Shown here piece by piece: positions 56,242-64,000 of a stretch of DNA of 64,000 nucleotides. This DNA comes from Chitinophagales bacterium (GTDB taxonomy: Bacteria > Bacteroidota > Bacteroidia > Chitinophagales > JADIYW01). Each line of letters opens with the position of its first letter. Positions within the stretch are counted from its first letter, which is position 1. The notes below the pieces were generated by a model. The model was not told the DNA's origin. It was given only the letters and a program-made list of their open reading frames with translations, and did not search any database. Both the position numbers and the translations under genes were made by a program. The DNA lies in assembly GCA_017984135.1 (NCBI GenBank), contig JAGNZZ010000003.1, forward strand, positions 74,660 to 138,659, given 5' to 3'.

Positions 56242-58467
56242 TCAATATTCTGAATCCAAATTTTCTTCATCCACTTGACCCCAATTTCCGGTATCACCTC
56301 CACTTATCAAGGTTTCATTTTCGGTCTCACATAAATCTTTCACCAATGAAGAATCTGATGGTCGGAAAAATTTAGCATTTTTATTTAATGCCAATTTAGG
56401 ATCACTATATGCTTTTTGCATAAACATACCAAAAACTGGCATTGCTGCACGTCCACCTTGTCCGGTTCCGGTGTATAAAAATCGAATCATTGGGTCATCG
56501 CATCCTACCCAAACGCCACACAATAATTCCGGAGTATAACCAATAAACCAAGCATCTGTATTTTTATTGGTGGTACCTGTTTTACCTGCCATTTCTACTG
56601 GATAATTAAAGTACCCACGCAAGCCTGCTGCTGTGCCGCCTGGACCAACAGGACCTTTCATCACTTGACACATTTTATAGGCGATATTATCGTTAAATAC
56701 TTCTTTCATTTTAGTAGCAAAATTTTGAACAACATTTCCATCTTTATCTTCAATTCTTAATATATATTGAGGTTTGGTGCAAATACCAGCACTTGGAAAT
56801 ACGCTATAGGCCGCCATCATTTCTTCCAGTGAAATATCGGAAGCTCCTAAACAAATTGGTGCGTAAGGTGGCAAATCGGAAGAGATAAACAATCGACGTG
56901 ATAAGTCGATAATTGGATTCACTCCGAATTGCTTCGTAATATATGCTGCCATCTGGTTATTTGAGGTTTTTAATGCCTGAATTAAAGTTTGTGGACCACC
57001 ACTTCCACCACGTGGTGCCCAATTGCCAATGCGAACTTGTCCTGGTGCAATCACCATGCATGGCGACCAGCCATTGTCCACGGCTAAGGCATACACAATA
57101 GGTTTGAAAGTAGAACCTACTTGACGTTTTGTATTAATATTACAATGGTCGTATTTAAAATACTCAAAATTAGGACCACCTACCCAAGCACGAACATAAC
57201 CTGTGTAAGGTTCAACGGCCATTACACCTACCTGTAAAAATGATTTATAATATTTAACGGAATCGTAAGGCGTTAAAGTAGTATCTTTTAATCCACTGTA
57301 TGTAAACACTTTCATACGATGTTTATCCGACTTAAAATTTTTAAGTATATCATCTTTACTTAAACCTTGCTCTTTTAAAGCATACCATCTATCGGTGTAT
57401 TTACAAGCAGTTTCTAAAATTCGTTTTCCATCTTTAGTTTCCCATGGATTCCAACCGCTTTTAAATTGCGCATCCATATATTTTTGATAACGTGCTAAGT
57501 GCTGAGTAGCGGCTTCTTCTGCATATTTTTGCATGCGCGTATTAATAGTGGTATATATTTTTAGACCATCGGTATAAATATTATACTCAGTGCCATCGGT
57601 TTTTTTGTTTTCTTTAGCCCATTTTTTTAATTGTTCAGCAACAATCATTCTAAAATAAGGTGCTAAACCATCGTTGGCTGTTTCCGGATGGAAATTTAAT
57701 TCGATTGGATTATCTTTTAATGTTTCAAATTGAGTATTAGTAATATCGCCGCGCTCCATTAATTTACGTAAAACGGTAGCACGACGTTCTAAAGTTCTTT
57801 GTCCAAATCTACGTGGATTGTAATACGATGGATTTTGCAACATACCTACAAACATGGCCGCTTCTTCTATGGAAAGTTCTTTAGGTTTTTTATTAAAATA
57901 AATGCGTGATGCACTTTCAATACCTACTGCATTGTTTACAAAATCAAATGTATTAAAATACATAGCGATAATTTCTTCTTTGGTATATCGTCTTTCCAAC
58001 ATAACGGAAATCACGTATTCTTTGGCTTTTTGCATAATACGTTGCACGATGTTTCGTGCTCTATTATGAAACATATTCTTTGCCAATTGCTGGGTGATGG
58101 TACTTCCACCACCACCTTTTCCAAGTTTTACCACTGCGCGTAATGTACCTAACAAATCAATTCCAGAATGGTCGTAAAAACGTTCATCTTCATTGGCCAC
58201 TAATGCTTTCACCAAAAAAGGTGGCAAATCTTCGTAGGCAACATTACTTCTATTATCTACAAAATATTTTCCAATCAAAACGGAATCCGCGGAATAAACT
58301 TCAGTGGCTAAATTAGAGTTTGGATTTTCAATTTCTTCAAAGCTTGGCAATTTACCAAATGCACCTATTCTAACAAGTGTGAAGAATACGATTATACTTA
58401 GTATAAACATGCCGAATAGTTTCCATAAGTTAATAGGTTGTTTCAACCATGTGGTTATTCTATTCAT
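56242..58467 (-). CDS. mrcA: Bifunctional class A penicillin-binding protein (PBP1A: glycosyltransferase plus transpeptidase)
   Basis: GT51 motifs EDERFYDHSGID and GGSTITQQLAKN. Transpeptidase motifs STFKP (SxxK), SNN and KTGTT. Confidence 0.93.
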   Translation of the reverse strand: MNRITTWLKQPINLWKLFGMFILSIIVFFTLVRIGAFGKLPSFEEIENPNSNLATEVYSADSVLIGKYFVDNRSNVAYEDLPPFLVKALVANEDERFYDHSGIDLLGTLRAVVKLGKGGGGSTITQQLAKNMFHNRARNIVQRIMQKAKEYVISVMLERRYTKEEIIAMYFNTFDFVNNAVGIESASRIYFNKKPKELSIEEAAMFVGMLQNPSYYNPRRFGQRTLERRATVLRKLMERGDITNTQFETLKDNPIELNFHPETANDGLAPYFRMIVAEQLKKWAKENKKTDGTEYNIYTDGLKIYTTINTRMQKYAEEAATQHLARYQKYMDAQFKSGWNPWETKDGKRILETACKYTDRWYALKEQGLSKDDILKNFKSDKHRMKVFTYSGLKDTTLTPYDSVKYYKSFLQVGVMAVEPYTGYVRAWVGGPNFEYFKYDHCNINTKRQVGSTFKPIVYALAVDNGWSPCMVIAPGQVRIGNWAPRGGSGGPQTLIQALKTSNNQMAAYITKQFGVNPIIDLSRRLFISSDLPPYAPICLGASDISLEEMMAAYSVFPSAGICTKPQYILRIEDKDGNVVQNFATKMKEVFNDNIAYKMCQVMKGPVGPGGTAAGLRGYFNYPVEMAGKTGTTNKNTDAWFIGYTPELLCGVWVGCDDPMIRFLYTGTGQGGRAAMPVFGMFMQKAYSDPKLALNKNAKFFRPSDSSLVKDLCETENETLISGGDTGNWGQVDEENLDSEY

Positions 58468-61400
58468 TATTTTGGATAATTGGTATTAAAATAGCGTTCA
58501 TAAATGTCAAAATCTGTCGCTTGTTTTATGAGCTTAAAATTTGACGAGGTAATAATATAATAACTGACTTTCTGTTCATTATACTTGCCAAAAATGGAAG
58601 TTGTATTGGCTGTCATTTTATCAAGATATTTTTTTGCTTCCGTAATTCCTTCAAATTTTTTGATTTGCATGATGGCAAACGATTCTAAAAAAATGGGATT
58701 CACTTTCAATTTAAAATCGTTAAAATGTTTCTTATTGAAGGTGTTTATTTGGTCTTTTACTTCTAATACTTTCATGTATTTATCTTTCAAACGAACCATT
58801 ACCCAAAGTGTATTAGTATCTACTGTAAATTTAGCACTTAAAGTATCCAATGGCAATGTGTCTTTTTTAGCATGGATAGCGAATTGCGCTGTATCTTTTA
58901 ATTTATTTTCAAATTGAATATAAGAAATCAAATATTCTTGTGCTTTTTGTTTAATAGCAACATCTTTTTCTTTTACAATGATATCAGACAATGCTCGTTT
59001 ATAATTATCAAATTGCTTTAATTTACCAAATGAAACTGCTTCTAAAAAGTTAAACTGTGCCGTTTTTTTAGACGATGGATATTTGGTTTGTGCAATAAAT
59101 TTATTTTTTATGACTTGATCATAATTCCCTGATAAAAAATCTTGATATGTGGAAGCATATAGCTTTTCATCCGCACTGATTAATGATTCGGCAGGAATAT
59201 TTTGTTGTGATTTTTGAAGTACTTCGGCCACATCACTCAGTGGATAGTTTTCCAGAATATAATTTTTTTCTTTATCTGCTAAGCCGGAAAGATTTTTTTC
59301 TGAGTACATCAAATATTGATAATAATGTGCTTTAGCATCGTATTCACTGTTTGGAAAACGTTGTGTTAATTCATCAAATGCTTGTTTGGCTTTTGGTAAA
59401 TTATTTAATTTATTTTTAAAAATTTCTCCTTTTACAAAAAACGCATCGGCAATTTTTTTATCCGATTTAATAAAATCTTCCGGTGTTTTTGGAATTTTTA
59501 GGGAATCGGTACTTTTTGTATTGGCGATTTTTGTTTTAGATTTCTGTTTATTACTTTGAGTCGTATCAGTACTTGTGTTTGAAATACTTGAATTTATTAT
59601 GTCATCAAATGAAACTGATTTATCGCTTCTACGCCAATTTGGTTCTAACTTTCTATCACCCCAAATGCTAATAAAATCATTATATCCTTTGCTTTTTGCT
59701 TCAGGATTATAAAAATACCATAATCCATTGGATATGCCGGATTCTGGTACAAAATTGGAAGATGAAGAAGCATTTCCATTGCCGATATCCGAACTAAATC
59801 TTGATTTTTTCTTAGCTAATTTTTCTTTTTCTGCTTGAATTTTTGCAAGATATTTTTCCAAATCAGCAGGTTTCATTTTGCCTAATGTTTGCAAACTATC
59901 TTCTATTTGAATTATTTTCACATTCGCGGCTAATTCATTAAGTATTGTTTTTCTTTGCGTAATTTTGTCAATATCGGTAAATGTTTTAGGCAAATAAACA
60001 ATGGCACTGTCATAAAAAATAGCAGCATCTGCATACGCTTCTTTATCAAAATAAATTTCACCTAATCTCAAAAATGATTTTCCTTTTTGTTCATCATCGG
60101 AAAATGATTTATGAATCGATTTATGAAAAAAAGCAATTGCACTTGCAGTGTCTTTTAAATGATAATGATAGTTCGCTAAAGTGTACAAAACTTCATCGGC
60201 ATGTTCTTTATTTTTTCCCAGTTTGATTAGCTTGGTTAACATTTTTACCACATCTTCATCTGCCAAATCGGGATGATTGCTATAAATATTGGCTAATTGA
60301 ATTTTGGAAAACAATAACATGTCTTCTGTTTTGGTATGCTTTCCAGCTTTCACAAAATAATCTACTGCATCAGCCGGTTGATTATTTTTTTGATACAACT
60401 GCGCTAAAAGATATTCGTAATAAGCTTTATCTTTTTTCTTTTTAAAATACAATAAAGCATTTTCTAATTCTTCAATCGCTGGCGAATAATCGTTTCTTCT
60501 AATGTTGTAATAAGCATCAATTAAATAAAAATCTCTACGTTGTGTTTTGGTCAATTTTCGCAATGCTTTTCCATAAGAAATCATACTTTTTGCATCCGCA
60601 AAATTATTCATTTCAATTAATGATTTTGACATCCAAACTAGCGCTTCTGGGCGTGATATCTTATGTTTTATTTTCTCCCAAAAAGTGAGTTTATCTAATT
60701 TTGCTTCTTTCTTGGGATCCAATTGTTTCAATGGGTTTTGATTGTTGCGATTTCCACTTGAATCCACATAATATGGGTTTTCAACATATTGATCGCCGAG
60801 AAGTATGTATGGTTTATCCTTACTAAAATCTAGTTTTTGTTGTTTTTTTGCAGTGGTGTTTGCATTCAAAGTAGAAGAATCAATTTTAGTAGATTTTCCT
60901 TTAGCTTTCGCAATCAATTCTGGTGGAATTTTCTTGCCTTTTTTTTGCAATTCTAAAATTTTCTTTTTTGCCTTAATGATTTCTTCTAATTCTTTTTTCT
61001 TTTTTGAAATGGCATCTTTTTGTTTTTCGCGAGCATCTTCGGCTTTCTGTTCTGCTTGCTCTTGCGCCAACTTATATTGAAATTCGATTATTTTTTTCTT
61101 TTGACCCGATTTTTTTGCTAATTCTTTTTCCCTTTGTTTAAGATATTTCAATCTGTCTTTATTGCTAAATTCCAGCTTCATGTTTAATTTCCCAGGTTTC
61201 ATTGTAGTTACAATGTATTGGAATGTAATTAATGAAGTATCGTATTGTTTTCTTAAAAACTGCGATTTCCCTAACAATAAAAAAGCATTGTCGCGCCAAC
61301 GACTGTAATCATGCAATTGCAATACTATGCCTGTTTTTTTGGCTATTAATTCTAATTCAGCAGCATTGGACGAAAAATCAGCCTGATCATGATAATAAAA

Positions 61401-61646
61401 TGGCAGTAGCTTGTTATAATCTACTTCTCTTTTAAATAAATGCGTTTTGACAATTTCTTTATACAATTCATTGGCATTAAAATAATAGTTATTGCGTGTA
61501 GTTAAATCACCCCAAGCACGTTTTATTATATTTGGACGTTGGTATTGGGAACTTGTCTTCTTTTTCTTATCTGCAAAGCATATTGTAGATAAAAGAAAAA
61601 AGCATCCAATGAATAAAAACAGTTTTTTACCTGTAAAAATGTGCAT
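58467..61646 (-). CDS. Large TPR-repeat envelope protein (1,059 aa), possibly the T9SS component PorW/SprE
   Basis: N-terminal signal/anchor with Cys. Conserved-looking LTTRNNYYFNAN block. Multiple TPR-like segments (AYYEYLLAQLYQKNNQPADAVDYF..., AKAHYYQYLMY...). Lys/Glu-rich coiled-coil insert at residues ~161-254. The PorW/SprE identity is inferred from size and architecture only. Confidence 0.45.
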   Translation of the reverse strand: MHIFTGKKLFLFIGCFFLLSTICFADKKKKTSSQYQRPNIIKRAWGDLTTRNNYYFNANELYKEIVKTHLFKREVDYNKLLPFYYHDQADFSSNAAELELIAKKTGIVLQLHDYSRWRDNAFLLLGKSQFLRKQYDTSLITFQYIVTTMKPGKLNMKLEFSNKDRLKYLKQREKELAKKSGQKKKIIEFQYKLAQEQAEQKAEDAREKQKDAISKKKKELEEIIKAKKKILELQKKGKKIPPELIAKAKGKSTKIDSSTLNANTTAKKQQKLDFSKDKPYILLGDQYVENPYYVDSSGNRNNQNPLKQLDPKKEAKLDKLTFWEKIKHKISRPEALVWMSKSLIEMNNFADAKSMISYGKALRKLTKTQRRDFYLIDAYYNIRRNDYSPAIEELENALLYFKKKKDKAYYEYLLAQLYQKNNQPADAVDYFVKAGKHTKTEDMLLFSKIQLANIYSNHPDLADEDVVKMLTKLIKLGKNKEHADEVLYTLANYHYHLKDTASAIAFFHKSIHKSFSDDEQKGKSFLRLGEIYFDKEAYADAAIFYDSAIVYLPKTFTDIDKITQRKTILNELAANVKIIQIEDSLQTLGKMKPADLEKYLAKIQAEKEKLAKKKSRFSSDIGNGNASSSSNFVPESGISNGLWYFYNPEAKSKGYNDFISIWGDRKLEPNWRRSDKSVSFDDIINSSISNTSTDTTQSNKQKSKTKIANTKSTDSLKIPKTPEDFIKSDKKIADAFFVKGEIFKNKLNNLPKAKQAFDELTQRFPNSEYDAKAHYYQYLMYSEKNLSGLADKEKNYILENYPLSDVAEVLQKSQQNIPAESLISADEKLYASTYQDFLSGNYDQVIKNKFIAQTKYPSSKKTAQFNFLEAVSFGKLKQFDNYKRALSDIIVKEKDVAIKQKAQEYLISYIQFENKLKDTAQFAIHAKKDTLPLDTLSAKFTVDTNTLWVMVRLKDKYMKVLEVKDQINTFNKKHFNDFKLKVNPIFLESFAIMQIKKFEGITEAKKYLDKMTANTTSIFGKYNEQKVSYYIITSSNFKLIKQATDFDIYERYFNTNYPK

Positions 61647-61727
61647 ACTCGTATTAATTGCCTAATTTTAACGCAATTTCTTAAATTTATTTTACTTATT
61701 TGAGTGAATTTTATTTAAATACATTAA

Positions 61728-62579
61728 ATGACGCTAAAAATATCTAAATGGAAGGAATGGCGCGCGAAACTAAAAAACGTTTATCGCTTCCAAATTGTAG
61801 ATGAAAAAAGCTATGATGTAAAGCTCGTTATTGAACTCAATCGATTAAATGTCCTTATTGGCGCAGGTTTATTATTGGCGATTTTCACTTTATTAAATTT
61901 TATTTTAGTGGCTTACACGCCTTTAAAACAATACATTCCAGGCTATGGAGCTTCCGACAGAAAAGATGTACTTAAGGTTCGCATACGTACGGATGAATTG
62001 GAAGAGAAAGTAAAATCACAAGAAAGATACATTACAAATATTCAAAATATATTAAATGATAAGATTGTGGTGGATGCTGTTAAATCCAATCTGAAAAATA
62101 AAAAAATGGACACTGGCATTCTTAATATAAAATCTCCAGATGTATCTAAATTTGTGAAAGAAGTAGAAAAAGGATTAAAAAATGCAGAATTAATGGATGT
62201 TGTGTATGATGACAAAACCAGTATTTTAAATAATTTAGAACTACTTATTCCTTTAAAAGGAAATATCTCGTCTAAATTTAGCGAAACCAGTCCAATTACC
62301 GTCTTTCAATCAGATGCAGATAAAGAAGTGAAAGCAATCGTTGCTGGAAAAGTAATATTAATAGACAACACATTAAACCATGCATTTATAGCCATACAAA
62401 CTGAAAATCAATTGGTTTATATATTAAAGAATAACCAACAAGTATTAAAAAAAATAGGTAATTTTGTGCAAGAAGGAGAAACCATTGCACTTGCCGGAAA
62501 GTCAAAGAATAAATTTAGTACCACTTTAGAACTTTGGTATAGAGGTCAATCCATTAATGCCGCAAAATTTTTAAAATAA
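61728..62579 (+). CDS. Membrane-anchored coiled-coil protein with a degenerate LytM/M23 domain
   Basis: One TM segment (VLIGAGLLLAIFTLLNFILVAY). The C-terminal region has the M23 layout (PLKGNISSKF...AIVAGKVILID...VQEGETIALAG...LELWYRGQSINAAKFL), but the HxxxD and HxH metal ligands are absent. Confidence 0.5.
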   Translation: MTLKISKWKEWRAKLKNVYRFQIVDEKSYDVKLVIELNRLNVLIGAGLLLAIFTLLNFILVAYTPLKQYIPGYGASDRKDVLKVRIRTDELEEKVKSQERYITNIQNILNDKIVVDAVKSNLKNKKMDTGILNIKSPDVSKFVKEVEKGLKNAELMDVVYDDKTSILNNLELLIPLKGNISSKFSETSPITVFQSDADKEVKAIVAGKVILIDNTLNHAFIAIQTENQLVYILKNNQQVLKKIGNFVQEGETIALAGKSKNKFSTTLELWYRGQSINAAKFLK

Positions 62580-62584
62580 TTTTT

Positions 62585-63010
62585 ATGTTTTCAAAACTCA
62601 CCACAAAGAATAATATTGAAATGATGGTTGCTAACAAGATAAATGAAGGAACTACAATAAACGGAAATGTTTCAACCGCAACAGATATACGAATTGATGG
62701 AACCATCACTGGAAATATTATTTCTGCATCCAAAGTAGTACTTGGCGCCAATGCTAATATCATTGGTAATATAAAATGCAAAGAGTTAACAATTGAAGGT
62801 AAACTAAAAGGCAATATTGAAGTAGAAGAAAACTTATTTTTTAGAACAACGGCTCGTTTTGAAGGCGATGTAAAATATAAAAAATTAATTGTGGAAGAAG
62901 GTGCACAAATCAGTGGTTCCTTAGTTAATACATCGGTTACGCAGAAACCAATGCCAAATCCTACAGCAAACGGACAATCTTCAGAAAATAAGATTCAACT
63001 TCTTGGCTAA
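62585..63010 (+). CDS. Bactofilin (polymer-forming cytoskeletal protein, DUF583)
   Basis: Repetitive beta-helix pattern: INGNVSTATDIRIDGTITGNIISASKVVLGANANIIGNIKCKELTIEGKLKGNIEV...FEGDVKYKKLIVEEGAQISGSL. Confidence 0.85.
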   Translation: MFSKLTTKNNIEMMVANKINEGTTINGNVSTATDIRIDGTITGNIISASKVVLGANANIIGNIKCKELTIEGKLKGNIEVEENLFFRTTARFEGDVKYKKLIVEEGAQISGSLVNTSVTQKPMPNPTANGQSSENKIQLLG

Positions 63011-63203
63011 TCAAACAAAAAACTGGTTAATCTATTCCGGAATGGCAATAGAAATGTTCGCTATTATCGGTGTATTTTCTTTTGCAGGCGTTCAAATAGA
63101 TCAGCGAACTCATACTTCGCCACTTTTTACACTTATTTTGATTTTATTTGGATTAGCACTTGCTTTTTATCTCATTTTTAAACAACTCAATCAACTCAAA
63201 TGA
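63003..63203 (+). CDS. AtpZ/AtpI-like small membrane protein
   Basis: 66 aa with two TM segments and YSGMAIEMFAIIGVFSFAGVQIDQRT, typical of the family. TTG start overlapping the bactofilin stop. Confidence 0.55.
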   Translation: MANQTKNWLIYSGMAIEMFAIIGVFSFAGVQIDQRTHTSPLFTLILILFGLALAFYLIFKQLNQLK

Positions 63204-63547
63204 AATGGATAATTAGTCTAATCCTATTAACATTTATTTTCATTATCACTAGTTTTTTTATTCCAAACTACTTGCTTTTTCCGTTTAGATGGATGACAGT
63301 AGGCATGGCATTCAACTCCTTCATTTTTTATTTTATGGTCAATAAAAGTAAAGCAAACAATGCCTATTCCAGTTTAGCAGCCATTGTAGTAAAATTTATT
63401 TTATCAGGAGCTATAGTTATTATTTACTTCATCATAACTGAATCAAAAAATAAGATTGATTATTATTTTTTCTTCTTGGCATATCTCTTGTTTTCCATTA
63501 TTAGCTATACCGGTGCCTATTATCTAAATAAAAATCAGGTAAAATAA
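63200..63547 (+). CDS. Hypothetical polytopic membrane protein, 115 aa
   Basis: Four hydrophobic segments. ATGA overlap with the previous gene. Confidence 0.5.
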   Translation: MKWIISLILLTFIFIITSFFIPNYLLFPFRWMTVGMAFNSFIFYFMVNKSKANNAYSSLAAIVVKFILSGAIVIIYFIITESKNKIDYYFFFLAYLLFSIISYTGAYYLNKNQVK

Positions 63548-63600
63548 AAAACAGTTGAACTTATATAAATTATAGCGTAATTTTAAGGAAGCAAATAATT

Positions 63601-64000
63601 ATGAAAAACAGTACTTTTTGGATATTAATGTTATGCCTATTCATTAGCTTTGGGTTTAAACCTCCAAAAAACAAGTCACCCAAAGAAGATATTTTATATA
63701 CTAAATATGGAGGAAATATAGATTCCATGTTAGCAGGCGAACGCAAGCGCGATTCCTTAGAACGACCCTATTTATACCAATCTTTTGAAGATTTAGAAGA
63801 AATAAAAACAAATGCAATAGATGATGAAAGCATTATTTATGAAAAAGTGGAAAAAATGCCTGTTTTTGAAAATGGCAACCAAGGTTTAACAGAATATTTA
63901 AAAACAGCAACCACTTTCATTGCAGACACACTTGTGGGCAAAAATGCAAATGTAATTGTAAAATTTTATATCAATACCTTTGGCGATGCAAAGAATCCAA
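63601..64000 (+). CDS. TonB C-terminal-domain-like protein, partial (runs off the right edge)
   Basis: My own translation from the ATG at 63601 reads MKNSTFWILMLCLFISFGF...EKVEKMPVFENGNQGLTEYLKTATTF... The xMPxFxxGxxxLxxYL block is the usual start of the TonB_C/energy-transducer domain. The frame is open to the window end. Confidence 0.5.
   Translation, partial: MKNSTFWILMLCLFISFGFKPPKNKSPKEDILYTKYGGNIDSMLAGERKRDSLERPYLYQSFEDLEEIKTNAIDDESIIYEKVEKMPVFENGNQGLTEYLKTATTFIADTLVGKNANVIVKFYINTFGDAKNP

Noticed and set aside
58585-61435. Plus-strand ORFs of 110, 91 and 67 aa inside the TPR protein gene
   Set aside because: They are antisense shadows. The 91-aa ORF mirrors the Lys/Glu-rich coding tract as a Phe/Ser-rich sequence.
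62554-62814. 86-aa minus-strand ORF across the dLytM/bactofilin junction
   Set aside because: It is antisense to bactofilin, whose repeat pattern is unmistakable.
1-64000. Search for CRISPR arrays, IS elements or transposases, integrases, prophage genes, restriction-modification, toxin-antitoxin or other defence modules
   Set aside because: There are no regularly spaced direct repeats and no inverted-repeat-flanked transposase-like ORFs. No ORF has nuclease, ATPase, recombinase or methylase motifs typical of such systems. The window reads as core chromosome.

Overview
The window is a compact, low-GC stretch of chromosome, and its gene content points to Bacteroidota: gldH, several proteins with type IX secretion (T9SS) C-terminal sorting domains, FadL/PorV-type outer-membrane barrels, and TAnnTTTG-type promoter boxes. 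I support about 50 protein-coding genes and one tRNA-Leu(GAG). I found no rRNA, CRISPR array, IS or transposase, integrase, or recognisable defence or toxin-antitoxin genes.

Housekeeping genes are proS, tyrS, lpdA, gltB-gltD, ligA, a single-chain methylmalonyl-CoA mutase, a UbiD-family decarboxylase, PBP1A, exbB-exbD, and a phosphate-uptake operon (porin, DUF47, PiT).

The regions most worth a second look:
1. A PorV/PorQ-like barrel is followed 6 nt later by a 1,663-aa C25 (gingipain/PorU-type) cysteine peptidase at 8177-14374. This could be a second, non-canonical T9SS sorting module.
2. An apparent four-gene operon at 2575-6698 encodes a secreted protein that is about 25% Asn and rich in Tyr, Trp and Ser, then a FadL-like barrel, then two SAM methyltransferases.
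3. The tyrS gene has both histidines of the class I HIGH signature replaced (GIGN).
4. An endoglycoceramidase-like GH5 gene sits next to a sphingomyelin-synthase-like PAP2_C membrane protein.
5. An envelope-morphogenesis cluster holds a PorW/SprE-like TPR protein translationally coupled to PBP1A, divergent from a catalytically degenerate LytM/M23 protein plus bactofilin.
6. A phosphate island contains a PiT transporter with a ~175-aa soluble insertion, a T9SS-secreted phosphoesterase, and a Pho-box-like direct repeat.

All family assignments come from motif recognition by eye. No searches were run.
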